From: an uncultured Bacilli bacterium
Lineage (GTDB): Bacteria > Bacillota_I > Bacilli_A > RF39 > UBA660
Assembly: GCA_934167875.1 (NCBI GenBank)
Contig: CAKPMC010000001.1
Location: forward strand, 13,634 to 77,633
Length of the DNA: 64,000 nt
Direction of reading: 5' to 3'
The stretch's first letter is position 1. The number at the start of each line of letters is the position of its first letter. Under the pieces are notes generated by a model, which worked only from the letters and a program-made list of their open reading frames with translations, was not told the origin of the DNA and did no database searches. A program made the position numbers and the translations under genes. Positions 1 to 9,337 of this stretch are shown piece by piece.

Positions 1-72
1 AGATCCTGTATCTTTTTCATCTCTTGCATACTTTTTAATTAAAGCTTGCTTTGTTTCTTTAGTTAAAGCCAT
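1..72 (-). CDS. rpsO: 30S ribosomal protein S15, N-terminal 24 codons only (gene runs off the window start)
   Basis: Minus-strand translation from the ATG at 70-72 gives MALTKETKQALIKKYARDEKDTGS, the conserved S15 N-terminus. A strong RBS AAGGAGG lies 6 nt upstream. Confidence 0.7.
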   Translation of the reverse strand, partial: MALTKETKQALIKKYARDEKDTGS

Positions 73-154
73 TTCAATTCCTCCTTATATATTATTAGCC
101 TTTACCAAGTACAAGGTCGGAGTTTTCTCCATGTCCTAGAAAAGGTACAGGTAT

Positions 155-183
155 AATATACTAAATATTTACTTAAAAATCAA
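155..183 (-). promoter_or_regulatory. Putative sigma-A promoter for rpsO (TTGATT-17-TATATT)
   Basis: On the minus strand, TTGATT (178-183), a 17-nt spacer and TATATT (155-160) lie about 85 nt upstream of the rpsO start. Confidence 0.35.
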
Positions 184-643
184 GTGTTTTATTATTAAAT
201 TCAACTATACTTTCATTTTAAAATAAAACCCGAATTATTTTTGAAGGAGGTTTACATATGTGATTTTATAAATTTACATAGAAAAAGTTCAAGTAAATCA
301 TCTATAATTAAGTTAACACCAAAACTATAGAAAGAAGTGATTTCCTTGAACAATATTTATTCTAATATTTTAAAAAATAAAAAAATAAACATTTATCTCT
401 AAAAAAGTATCAAAAAATTGAATCTGAATATAATCATTATATGTCATCTAGAGTTAAAGACATAGAAATAACTGAATTTAAAAAGAAATTAGCTAAGATG
501 ATTGGTACTACTACATCTAACATTTATGAAATTATTAAAAAAGTTAAAAAAGAAACAAATTCTTAAATAATTTGCTTCTTAAAATCTAAAATAATTATAA
601 AAGTGAGGAATATTTTATTTCTAAAATATAGAAAAAGAATAAG

Positions 644-3600
644 TTATTCACTTACTCTTTCTACATCAAATTTAACATTTACGCCATTTAGATTAACTTC
701 TTCTGTATCTAATTCTTTCTTGATAATATCTAAAGCTAATGTTTCTTTTTTAATTATTTCAATATAATTAGAAATAGCGTTTTCAAAATCATTATTTTCA
801 GTATAGTAGATTTTAATTCTATCAGTAATTTCAAAATCCTTTGCCTTTCTTAAATTTTGAACTTTACTAATAAATTCACGCACAATTCCTTCATTAATTA
901 ATTCACTAGTTAAAGTAGTATTTAAAACAATAAAATGATTTCCTTCATGACTTGCGTTAAATCCTTCTTTAGAAGAAACTCTAATTTCTACCATTTCAGG
1001 AGTAACTTCTACTTCTTCATGATCAACTTCCATTTTGATAGTACCATTACTTTCTAAAGTAGTAATATCTTCTTCACTTAAAGAGACAAGTTTTTCTTGG
1101 AATTCTTTCATATGAGATCCAAACATCTTACCACAAATCTTAAAGTTAGGCTTTACTTCAAAATTCATATATAATGATAAATCTTTCGCAAAAGTAACTT
1201 TTTTTACATTTAATTCTTCTTTAATTAAATCTACTAAATCAGAAATAGTATCCTCATTTTTACCATCTAAAATAACTTCACTAATTGGTTGTCTTACTTT
1301 AATTTTAGCTTCTTCTCTAGCATTTCTACCAAGTGAGATTAAATCTCTTACTAAGTCCATTCTGCGTTCAATTTTTTCATTAATTTTAGCTTCATCACAA
1401 ACTGGATAACTAGCTAAATGAACACTTTCTTCACCAGTTAAATTAGTATAAATTTCATCAGATACAAAAGGTACAATTGGAGCAATTAATCTACAAATTC
1501 CTTCTAATACTTGATAAGTTGTCTTATAAACTGCCTTCTTACTAGTATCAAGACTACTACCCCAGAATCTTCTACGATTACGTCTAATATACCAGTTAGA
1601 TAATTCTTCATTTACAAAACTGTTTACTAATCTTACTGCTTTATTTAAATCATATTCATTCATAGCATGAGTCATATATTTTACTAATTTATTATATTTA
1701 GAAAGTAACCATTTATCAATTTCTTCTAATTCATCATATTCTACTTCAAACTCTCTAGGATCAACTTTATCTGTATTTGCATACATTTCAAAGAATGTAT
1801 AAGTATTTTTTAAGGTATTAAAGAATTTAGATTGAACTTCTTTGATACCATCTTCATCAAACTTAAGTGGTGTCCATACAGGAGATGCATATAACATATA
1901 AAATCTAGTAGCATCTGCTCCATATTTTTCTAAAATACTAAATGGTTCAACTGCATTTCCTTTAGATTTATGCATTTTTTGTCCAAATTTATCTAAAAGT
2001 AAGTCGTTTACAACAACATTTTTATAAGGACTACAACCTTTCACAAAAGTAGAAATTACTAATAAAGAATAGAACCAACCACGAGTTTGATCAATTCCTT
2101 CACTAATAAAATCAGCTGGGAACTGTTTTTCAAATAAATCTTTATTTTCAAATGGATAGTGATATTGAGCAAATGGCATAGAACCAGAATCAAACCAACA
2201 GTCCATTACTTCTTTAACACGACTCATTTCTTTTCCACAATTTGGACATTTAATATGAATATCATCAACATATGGTCTATGAAGTTCAATAGATTCATCA
2301 ATATTCTCAATTGCTTTTTCTACTAACTCTTTACGAGAACCTATCATTTCATCATGTCCACAACTACATCTCCATAATGGAATTGGAGTACCCCAATATC
2401 TATTTCTAGAAATAGCCCAATCATTCATATTTTCAAGCCAGTTACCAAAGCGTTTTTCTCCAACATATTCTGGATACCAATTAACTGTTTTATTAGCTTC
2501 TATAATCTTATCTTTAAAAGCAGTTGTTTTAATATATAAACTAGGTTTTGAATAATAAACAAGTGGTGTTTTACATCTCCAGCAATGTGGATAGTTATGT
2601 ACCATTTTTTGTTTCTTAAATAATTTATCTTCGCTTGCTAAATACTTAATAATATCAAGTTCAAGTTCGGAATCAACTACTAATCTTCCCTTCCATGGTC
2701 CATCTGTATAACAGCCATTTTCATCAACCGGATTTAACATTGGTAAATCATATTTTAATCCTACTTCATAGTCATCTTGTCCAAAAGCAGGAGCTATATG
2801 AACGATACCAGTACCATCTTCCATAGTAACATAATCGGCTACTGTTATATAAAAAGCTTTTTTATTAACAGATAAGAATGGTAAAAATTGTTCATATTCA
2901 CGATATTCTAAATCTTTTCCTAAATATTCTTCTACTACTTCAAATTCATCACCTAATACTTTATGAGCAAGTTTTTCTGCTACAATGAAGTTATGTCCTT
3001 TTGATAAACACTTAACATATTTTTCATTAGGATTTACACAAGCTGCAACATTAGAAATCAAAGTCCATGGAGTAGTTGTCCAAATTAATAAATAAGTATT
3101 ATCTTCATCTTTCATTTTAAAAGGAACTGTTACTGTATTAACACTAATTTCTTTATAACCTTGAGCAACTTCATGACTAGCAAGTCCTGTTCCACATCTA
3201 GGACAGTATGGTAAAATCTTAAGTCCATCATAGATTAATCCTTCATCAAAGAATTTCTTTAAAATCCACCACTCTGTTTCAATATAGTTATTATCATAAG
3301 TAATATATGGATTTTTTAAATCAATAAATTGACCCATTTTATTCGTAAAATCTTTAAATGATGCTTCATTTTTCCAAACAGATTCACGACATTTTTCATT
3401 AAATTCTTTAATACCATATTTCTCAATATCAGTTTTACCACTAAAACCTAATTCTTTTTCTACTTGTACTTCTACTGGAAGGCCATGAGTATCCCAACCT
3501 ACTTTACGAAGTACCTTGTATCCTTGCATCGTTTTATACTTACAAAAAGTATCTTTTAAAAGCTTAGCTAACATATGATGAATTCCTGGCATACCATTAG

Positions 3601-3739
3601 CTGTAGCAGGTCCATCATAGAAAACAAAATAATCTTTTCCCTTTTCAATAGATTTATTTAATAAGTCTTCCTCTAAAAACTTATTCATTAATTTTTCTTC
3701 TACAACACTATTTTTTTCTTTACTTAATTCTTTAAACAT
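644..3739 (-). CDS. ileS: Isoleucyl-tRNA synthetase (class I, long type, 1031 aa)
   Basis: The HIGH-region variant (PGIHHMLAKL) and the KMSKS variant (KMHKSKGN) are present, with editing and anticodon-binding domain architecture. The RBS AAGGGAAAGGGTG precedes the ATG at 3739. Confidence 0.95.
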   Translation of the reverse strand: MFKELSKEKNSVVEEKLMNKFLEEDLLNKSIEKGKDYFVFYDGPATANGMPGIHHMLAKLLKDTFCKYKTMQGYKVLRKVGWDTHGLPVEVQVEKELGFSGKTDIEKYGIKEFNEKCRESVWKNEASFKDFTNKMGQFIDLKNPYITYDNNYIETEWWILKKFFDEGLIYDGLKILPYCPRCGTGLASHEVAQGYKEISVNTVTVPFKMKDEDNTYLLIWTTTPWTLISNVAACVNPNEKYVKCLSKGHNFIVAEKLAHKVLGDEFEVVEEYLGKDLEYREYEQFLPFLSVNKKAFYITVADYVTMEDGTGIVHIAPAFGQDDYEVGLKYDLPMLNPVDENGCYTDGPWKGRLVVDSELELDIIKYLASEDKLFKKQKMVHNYPHCWRCKTPLVYYSKPSLYIKTTAFKDKIIEANKTVNWYPEYVGEKRFGNWLENMNDWAISRNRYWGTPIPLWRCSCGHDEMIGSRKELVEKAIENIDESIELHRPYVDDIHIKCPNCGKEMSRVKEVMDCWFDSGSMPFAQYHYPFENKDLFEKQFPADFISEGIDQTRGWFYSLLVISTFVKGCSPYKNVVVNDLLLDKFGQKMHKSKGNAVEPFSILEKYGADATRFYMLYASPVWTPLKFDEDGIKEVQSKFFNTLKNTYTFFEMYANTDKVDPREFEVEYDELEEIDKWLLSKYNKLVKYMTHAMNEYDLNKAVRLVNSFVNEELSNWYIRRNRRRFWGSSLDTSKKAVYKTTYQVLEGICRLIAPIVPFVSDEIYTNLTGEESVHLASYPVCDEAKINEKIERRMDLVRDLISLGRNAREEAKIKVRQPISEVILDGKNEDTISDLVDLIKEELNVKKVTFAKDLSLYMNFEVKPNFKICGKMFGSHMKEFQEKLVSLSEEDITTLESNGTIKMEVDHEEVEVTPEMVEIRVSSKEGFNASHEGNHFIVLNTTLTSELINEGIVREFISKVQNLRKAKDFEITDRIKIYYTENNDFENAISNYIEIIKKETLALDIIKKELDTEEVNLNGVNVKFDVERVSE

Positions 3740-3742
3740 AAT

Positions 3743-4345
3743 TTACACCCTTTCCCTTATTATTTTACGAATTTGTTTAACCTTAGTTTCTCCATAGATA
3801 CCAGAGTACTCTATTAACTCTTTTCTACAACGACCCTTTTTCATCAAGTGAATTTTTTCTAAGGTAAAACCAAAATGTTCTTCACGATAAATATTTATCA
3901 AACCACTAACACAATAATTATCAATAGCTATTCTTAAAGTTTCATCAAAATTGCTACTTTTAATTCCTAACCCTTTAGCAACCTCATTAGCCATAAAAGA
4001 AAAGTTTTTATCAACTGTATCATAATAACCAAGTGTAGGAATCAAAATATGACAGATACCACTAACATCAAGGTTCTCTATACCATCTAAATAAGAACTA
4101 AAATTTGTAAGAGACTCAGATTTTAAAATTCCATAATTATCTCTATGATAAATGCCATCTATTCTATCATCTTCAAAATTATATTTCTGCATTAAAATTT
4201 CTAATGACTCACAAGTTATTTCTTGATGTTCTCTCATATACTTAACAAACATAGCTTCTTTGTACTTAATAGCTTCATCACTTTTATGCTTTTTCAGGTA
4301 CTCTCTAATATCTTGTTCAGTAATTTCAAATTTTATATTTTCCAT
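3743..4345 (-). CDS. Hypothetical protein (200 aa) lying between the T-box leader and ileS
   Basis: The ORF is in the six-frame track. The true start is the internal ATG (MENIKFEIT) preceded by GGAGGG. The 29 residues ahead of it in the track ORF translate the T-box leader (LRWYR). There is a 3-nt gap to ileS. Confidence 0.6.
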   Translation of the reverse strand: MENIKFEITEQDIREYLKKHKSDEAIKYKEAMFVKYMREHQEITCESLEILMQKYNFEDDRIDGIYHRDNYGILKSESLTNFSSYLDGIENLDVSGICHILIPTLGYYDTVDKNFSFMANEVAKGLGIKSSNFDETLRIAIDNYCVSGLINIYREEHFGFTLEKIHLMKKGRCRKELIEYSGIYGETKVKQIRKIIRERV

Positions 4346-4582
4346 AAACCCTCCAATAAAAAAACGACTATTCTTCCATAAGGACGAATAATCGCGGTAC
4401 CACCTTAATTGATAATTATAAAAATTATCCACTTGAATCTGTAACGTAGATATACGGTTCTATCTTATCCATAAAACACAATCTTGAAAGTGATCTAAAT
4501 AATATTCTGTATATTCCTCTTTCACCAAATAAGGAACTCTCTAAATATTTCCTATTATTTCGTCTTTCGCACTTGTTTTAAC
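4346..4582 (-). promoter_or_regulatory. T-box riboswitch leader (tRNA-sensing antiterminator) controlling the hypothetical-gene/ileS operon
   Basis: On the minus strand there is an AGAGAG (AG-box) and GGTGAAAG, an F-box-like CCGTAT, and the conserved T-box AATTAAGGTGGTACCGCG at about 4395-4412. A terminator hairpin CGATTATTC...GAATAGTCG plus TTTTTTT follows immediately. Confidence 0.75.
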
Positions 4583-4587
4583 AACAT

Positions 4588-4620
4588 ATACTATAGCACA
4601 TTTTAATACTATGAACAAGT
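4588..4620 (-). promoter_or_regulatory. Putative sigma-A promoter for T-box leader 1 (TTGTTC-17-TATAGT)
   Basis: On the minus strand, TTGTTC (4613-4618), a 17-nt spacer and TATAGT (4590-4595) sit just upstream of the leader. Confidence 0.45.
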
Positions 4621-4633
4621 ATTTTTATACCAA

Positions 4634-5767
4634 TTATTTAACATACTTCTTTATTTTTTTATTATCATCATCAATTAAATTAAGAATTTTTAATACTTTT
4701 AACGTTTTATCTAATGCTAATCTATCATCAACATCTTTTTCTATCAATAGCTCAAAATTATCAAAAGCCTTAATAGCATCCTGTCTATTCTTTATATTAG
4801 TACTTTGCATCTTTAAATATAAATGTTTTTGAACTTCTAAAATTTCTGTTGAAAATAAATCTTTTATTAAAACTTTATCCTCTGTTTTTAATTGTCCTTT
4901 ATTTTTATATTTATAATTACCTGTTTCAATACTATCATAACGCGAATTAATTCTTTTTCCTTGACAAGAAACATAACTATTAACATTAAGATTAGTAACT
5001 ATTTTAGCTTTTTCACTTTTATTTTCTAATTGCGTAATAGTTACCTTATCACTAAAATCAGAACTAACTATATGACCACTATTATCTACAGCCTTTTTAT
5101 AATTAGGATCAAGAGTTGCATTTATAATATTTCCATAAGCTCCAAGATTATAATAGATTTTCTTATCTTTTCTAGAAAATTTATCATATAAAGTATTAAT
5201 TAGTCTTAATTTAGTTTTATCATTATGATATTTTTTCATTAACTCTTTAATATACTTTAAGCCCATAGTTCTATTATTTTTTTCATAATAAGCTAATAGA
5301 AGTATTTCTTTTCTAAATTGCGGTATATCAGCTTCTTTAATCTCATCAGCAGTAATATCGTTATAATAAACTCTTGTATATATTTTATTAACAGCTAAAT
5401 TATGTGGAAAATTATTTCTTGTTTTTCTTATTTCGATTCCTTGAAGCAATAAAGTAGCATCATACTTTATAGATTTAAAACCATTATCATATTGACTATA
5501 AGAATTACAAATAGCTATAGATTGTCTTAATTTAACTTTATCATTATTTTTCTTACCAATCTTAAGTAATATCAAAGCCTTAAAATAATCAATATTAGAT
5601 GATGATAAGGAATAGCTATTACATATTTCCAAGGCCTCATCACATTTTCCAGCGTCTAACAATTTACGAATATTTTTTAAAGTTTCATTTTCATTATTCA
5701 CAAGAATCATCTCCAATTTAATTGCTATTATAATATAAAGTAAGGTAAAAGAAAAGAATAAACACAA
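4634..5767 (-). CDS. Hypothetical protein (about 360-377 aa) downstream of divIVA
   Basis: A long ORF with no motif I recognise. The start is either the TTG at 5767 or the ATG at 5710, where the GGAG abuts the ATG with no spacer. Confidence 0.55.
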   Translation of the reverse strand: MCLFFSFTLLYIIIAIKLEMILVNNENETLKNIRKLLDAGKCDEALEICNSYSLSSSNIDYFKALILLKIGKKNNDKVKLRQSIAICNSYSQYDNGFKSIKYDATLLLQGIEIRKTRNNFPHNLAVNKIYTRVYYNDITADEIKEADIPQFRKEILLLAYYEKNNRTMGLKYIKELMKKYHNDKTKLRLINTLYDKFSRKDKKIYYNLGAYGNIINATLDPNYKKAVDNSGHIVSSDFSDKVTITQLENKSEKAKIVTNLNVNSYVSCQGKRINSRYDSIETGNYKYKNKGQLKTEDKVLIKDLFSTEILEVQKHLYLKMQSTNIKNRQDAIKAFDNFELLIEKDVDDRLALDKTLKVLKILNLIDDDNKKIKKYVK

Positions 5768-5770
5768 AAT

Positions 5771-6205
5771 TTATTCTTCAATCTCTAAAACTTCTATTTC
5801 TTCTACAACCTGTAATTGCTGTTCTACTATAGAACGCAATCTGTTCTTAAATATTCTTAAGTTACGTTCCATATTCTGATTTTTCATTTCGATCTTTTCA
5901 TTTCTAATTAAAGCATCATTAACTATTCTATTAGCATTACGATTAGCTTCATCTATAATAGCTTTAGCCTCACTTCTAGCCATTCTTCTAATATTTTCAC
6001 CAGACTCTTCAGCATTAGTTAAAGCTAAATTCAAACTTCTTTCAATATCTTGATAGTGGATAATTTGTCTTTTTAATGTAGCAATTTCATTTTGTTGGCG
6101 TTCAAGTTTATTTAATACTTTTTCAGTTTGTACGATCACATCATTTAAAAAAGCATTAACTTCTTGCTTATTATAGCCATTTAACTCCTTACTAAATTTC
6201 TTCAT
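5771..6205 (-). CDS. divIVA: Cell-division protein DivIVA
   Basis: The N-terminus FSKELNGYNKQEVNAFLNDV matches the conserved DivIVA lipid-binding N-terminal domain, followed by a coiled-coil. GAGGTGG precedes the ATG at 6205. The gene neighbours sepF and ileS, as in Bacillus. Confidence 0.85.
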   Translation of the reverse strand: MKKFSKELNGYNKQEVNAFLNDVIVQTEKVLNKLERQQNEIATLKRQIIHYQDIERSLNLALTNAEESGENIRRMARSEAKAIIDEANRNANRIVNDALIRNEKIEMKNQNMERNLRIFKNRLRSIVEQQLQVVEEIEVLEIEE

Positions 6206-6236
6206 AATCCACCTCAACTAATGAACTTCTAAAATT

Positions 6237-6665
6237 TTACCAATTAAATTCTTCTTCTTGTTTTTCTTCTTTCTTTCCTTTTACATTCTTTGATGTATCA
6301 TCAGTTATTTTTCCTTCAATATTTACATTATTAGGTGCACATAAGAAAATACCTCCACCTAATTTCTGTAAACTACCATTCATAGCATATAAACTTCCAG
6401 TCAAAAAATCAACAATCCTTTTGGCTTGATCTGGAGTAACTCTTTTCAAATTAACTACAACTGTATTTCTTTTCTTTAAATAATCAGTAATTTGAGTACT
6501 TTCTGAATATGCACGTGGTTCAAATAAAATCATTTTGTTACTACCCAAATCGTTACCTGTAGCATCCTCTTTAGATACACTATAAAATTCTTCTTCTGTT
6601 CCCTCTACTGATGGAGTAGTTTCTTCCTCTACACCAAAAAACTTTTTCATACCATCAAATGCCAT
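6237..6665 (-). CDS. sepF: Cell-division protein SepF
   Basis: The C-terminal SepF/DUF552 core is present (VVVNLKRVTPDQAKRIVDFLTGSLYAMNGSLQKLGGGIFLCAP). GGAGGAGAGGG precedes the ATGGCA start at 6665. Confidence 0.85.
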   Translation of the reverse strand: MAFDGMKKFFGVEEETTPSVEGTEEEFYSVSKEDATGNDLGSNKMILFEPRAYSESTQITDYLKKRNTVVVNLKRVTPDQAKRIVDFLTGSLYAMNGSLQKLGGGIFLCAPNNVNIEGKITDDTSKNVKGKKEEKQEEEFNW

Positions 6666-6757
6666 TGCCCTCTCCTCCATATTCTTCTAACTATAAACTA
6701 TTGTAGCACAGATATCAAAAAAATAAAATATCTTTTTTAAGAAAAGATTAAAGTACT

Positions 6758-7510
6758 TCATAGTTCAAAATATTTTTTCAAAAATATAGTCTCAGAATAA
6801 TAGTTATTTTTTAAAATGAAATAATGATAATAACCTCTTTTCATTTGTTTAACTTCAAAAATAATTTTCTTTTTTGAAAAATTATAAGTATATAAATATC
6901 GCTCCATCAAAAACTTTTCAAAGTAAAAATTAGCTTTATGTATCTCAGAATAAATCTGAAATCCAAGTAAGATTAAAATCAATAATATTAATAAATTCCA
7001 ACTAAAAAAAGCAAAATATAAAAATAATATTAAATACAAAAAGTAACTAAAATAAATAATATATCTTTGACTATAATAATAAGAAAAAATTAAAAATAAT
7101 AATAGTTGTAACAGTCTACCACCATCTAATGGAAAAATAGGAAGTAAATTAAATAAAAGTATAAAGTAATGGTACATATAAAAATAAGTTGGAACTGATA
7201 AATTAGAAATTTTAATAATATAAACAAATACAGTTTGAATAATTGGTCCCATAATTAAAACTAAAAATTCTTTAAATATTGGGATATTAACATCGTATTC
7301 TAATTTAGAACATCCACCATAAGGATATATTTCAATTCTATTTAATTTGAATTTTAGTAGAATTCCTGTTAAACTGTGTCCTAGTTCATGTACCAAAATA
7401 ATAATAGTAAAATAAAATAAATTTTTAAAATGACCTGTTAATAAGCAAATGAAAGCTACTAAATAAAATAATGGATGAAAATATAGTTTATTCCAAATAT
7501 TCTTTATAAT
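6758..7510 (-). CDS. Site-2 (M50) zinc metalloprotease, SpoIVFB-like; probable non-canonical ATT start
   Basis: The HELGH zinc motif and the LLPIFPLDGGRLL motif are present. The first transmembrane helix (LYFHPLFYLVAFICLLTGHFKNLFYFTIIIL) is encoded in frame upstream of the track ORF. That 38-codon stretch has no ATG, GTG or TTG. GGGGAG sits 7 nt upstream of an ATT at 7508-7510, straight after the in-frame stop. Confidence 0.55.
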   Translation of the reverse strand: MIKNIWNKLYFHPLFYLVAFICLLTGHFKNLFYFTIIILVHELGHSLTGILLKFKLNRIEIYPYGGCSKLEYDVNIPIFKEFLVLIMGPIIQTVFVYIIKISNLSVPTYFYMYHYFILLFNLLPIFPLDGGRLLQLLLFLIFSYYYSQRYIIYFSYFLYLILFLYFAFFSWNLLILLILILLGFQIYSEIHKANFYFEKFLMERYLYTYNFSKKKIIFEVKQMKRGYYHYFILKNNYYSETIFLKKYFEL

Positions 7511-8102
7511 CTAAAAACTCCCCTGCTTTTTGAAAATACAAATATATTTCATTACTAATAGCTTCACCAAGCAGCTTACCCTTTTCTACATAATCGTATA
7601 TTTTATAGCTACTATTTTCCACTCCTACATACCATAAATCAATTCCATTTACTTGTTGAACTATAATAGTATTTCCATAATTATCTTTATTACCACTAAA
7701 CACAATAATACCACTTTCTAGAATTGGCACTAGGTAATTATTATCAACTGTTAGCTTTACTCCTTCATTATAATCTTCTTTAGCTTTATATGTAAGTTTC
7801 TCATCAAAAACCATTGCTGTATCAGGCGTTAAATTAGGTAGTGGAAAAATAGAGCCAAAATATTTATTATACATTTTATCAATTTTAGCAAAAGAAAAAT
7901 TAGTTTGATAAACGTTTTTATTAATCCATAATTTAAAACTAGGATTAACTTTTATAATACATAAGCACACTAATAAAATAATACCAGATATCAAAAGTCT
8001 ATTCAAAGCCAAAATCGAATACTTTTTAGTTACAACACGATTATCATCATTTTTTTTATTTAAATACTTTTGAACTAATCGATATTCATCCATCACTATC
8101 AC
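7488..8102 (-). CDS. Membrane-anchored degenerate M23/LytM-like protein, SpoIVFA-like
   Basis: An N-terminal TM helix is followed by a C-terminal M23-fold signature (GIIVFSGNKDNYGNTIIVQQVNGIDLWYVGV...GKLLGEA) that lacks the zinc-binding His residues. It lies directly upstream of the M50 protease. Confidence 0.5.
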   Translation of the reverse strand: MIVMDEYRLVQKYLNKKNDDNRVVTKKYSILALNRLLISGIILLVCLCIIKVNPSFKLWINKNVYQTNFSFAKIDKMYNKYFGSIFPLPNLTPDTAMVFDEKLTYKAKEDYNEGVKLTVDNNYLVPILESGIIVFSGNKDNYGNTIIVQQVNGIDLWYVGVENSSYKIYDYVEKGKLLGEAISNEIYLYFQKAGEFLDYKEYLE

Positions 8103-8116
8103 CTAATAAATAACTA

Positions 8117-8572
8117 TTAATGCTTTTTATTTTTTATTCCTAAAAAGTAACTTAAAACCATACCATATATAATATTTACAGTTAAATTAAGTAAAATAGA
8201 AGTATAAAAAAAAGAAATAGGATAATTATAAAGAAATAGTATTATTAAATATTTTAAAAAGATAAAAGTTAGTATTCCAATTAAAAACAATAATGTTTTA
8301 TTCTTAATACTTTTACCGATATAAATTATTTCTATATATACAACAAAAAATATTAATATATATACAAAATGTATATTACTAAAAAAGAAATCATAAATAA
8401 TAGAAATATAAAAATAATATTTAGTTTTCTTATTGTTCAAATTGTAAATCAAGAAAACTATAACCGTACTAACAAATAATAATGGCAAGTATACAAATAC
8501 AGGGTTGAATAAAGGAATAAAGTATGAAAGTAAAAAATCAAAAAGAAGAGAAATAATAAATATAAATATCAT
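8117..8572 (-). CDS. mreD: Rod-shape protein MreD (polytopic membrane protein)
   Basis: A 151-aa multi-TM protein immediately downstream of mreC with a 1-nt overlap. The call rests on position and size only. Confidence 0.5.
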   Translation of the reverse strand: MIFIFIISLLFDFLLSYFIPLFNPVFVYLPLLFVSTVIVFLIYNLNNKKTKYYFYISIIYDFFFSNIHFVYILIFFVVYIEIIYIGKSIKNKTLLFLIGILTFIFLKYLIILFLYNYPISFFYTSILLNLTVNIIYGMVLSYFLGIKNKKH

Positions 8573-9324
8573 TATATACTCCTATCAACAACACTAACAT
8601 AACGTAACTTATCAAAAGATGTATCATTTTTTACTTTAATATTTTTTTCTATTCCTAAAGAATCATAACTAATATCAATTACTTTTCCAATATAGATTCC
8701 ATCTGGATATACTCCGCCTAACCCATTAGTATAAACTGAATCATTTATATTAATATCGCTATCCTTAGAAACATTAATAATATTAACTGTTTGCGAAAGA
8801 TTGTCATAACCATTTAAAATACCATGATAAACACTATTATTAGTTCTAATATCAACAGCTATTTTCATATCAGAATCATTAGAGCTTAATAATTTAACCA
8901 TACTAAAATTATTGGAAACTTTAATAATTTTTCCAATTAATCCATCATTAGCTATAACAGCCATATTAGTCTTTATGCCATCATTAAATCCCTTATTTAT
9001 TTTAATTTCTTGATACCATAAATCATTTCTTTCAATAACGTCAGCATGAATAAATTGATAATCAGTACTATCAAGTAACAGCATCTTCTTTAATTCCTTG
9101 TTTTCATCTTCTAGTTCCCTATTTATTCCAGAAACAATATTACTATAATCAACCTTAACTTTAGGTATCAAAAAATTTTCCACTTGTGATACTGTATTCT
9201 TTATAATTCTCTCAAAAAAGAAATAATTAGTTCTTTTCTTATCTAAATAAATAAATCCTAGTAAAAATATAATAATTATAACTATCAACAAATATTTTTT
9301 AGCTACTTTTTTCTTATTATACAT
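8572..9324 (-). CDS. mreC: Rod-shape protein MreC
   Basis: An N-terminal TM and coiled-coil are followed by a beta-rich domain (NDGLIGKIIKVSNNFSMVKLL...YPDGIYIGKV) typical of MreC. Confidence 0.8.
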   Translation of the reverse strand: MYNKKKVAKKYLLIVIIIIFLLGFIYLDKKRTNYFFFERIIKNTVSQVENFLIPKVKVDYSNIVSGINRELEDENKELKKMLLLDSTDYQFIHADVIERNDLWYQEIKINKGFNDGIKTNMAVIANDGLIGKIIKVSNNFSMVKLLSSNDSDMKIAVDIRTNNSVYHGILNGYDNLSQTVNIINVSKDSDININDSVYTNGLGGVYPDGIYIGKVIDISYDSLGIEKNIKVKNDTSFDKLRYVSVVDRSI

Positions 9325-9337
9325 AATTCACCTTTAG

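Noticed and set aside
4611-4832. 73-aa plus-strand ORF
   Set aside because: It lies entirely inside the minus-strand 4634-5767 gene and T-box promoter region. It is a low-complexity AT-rich translation with no RBS.
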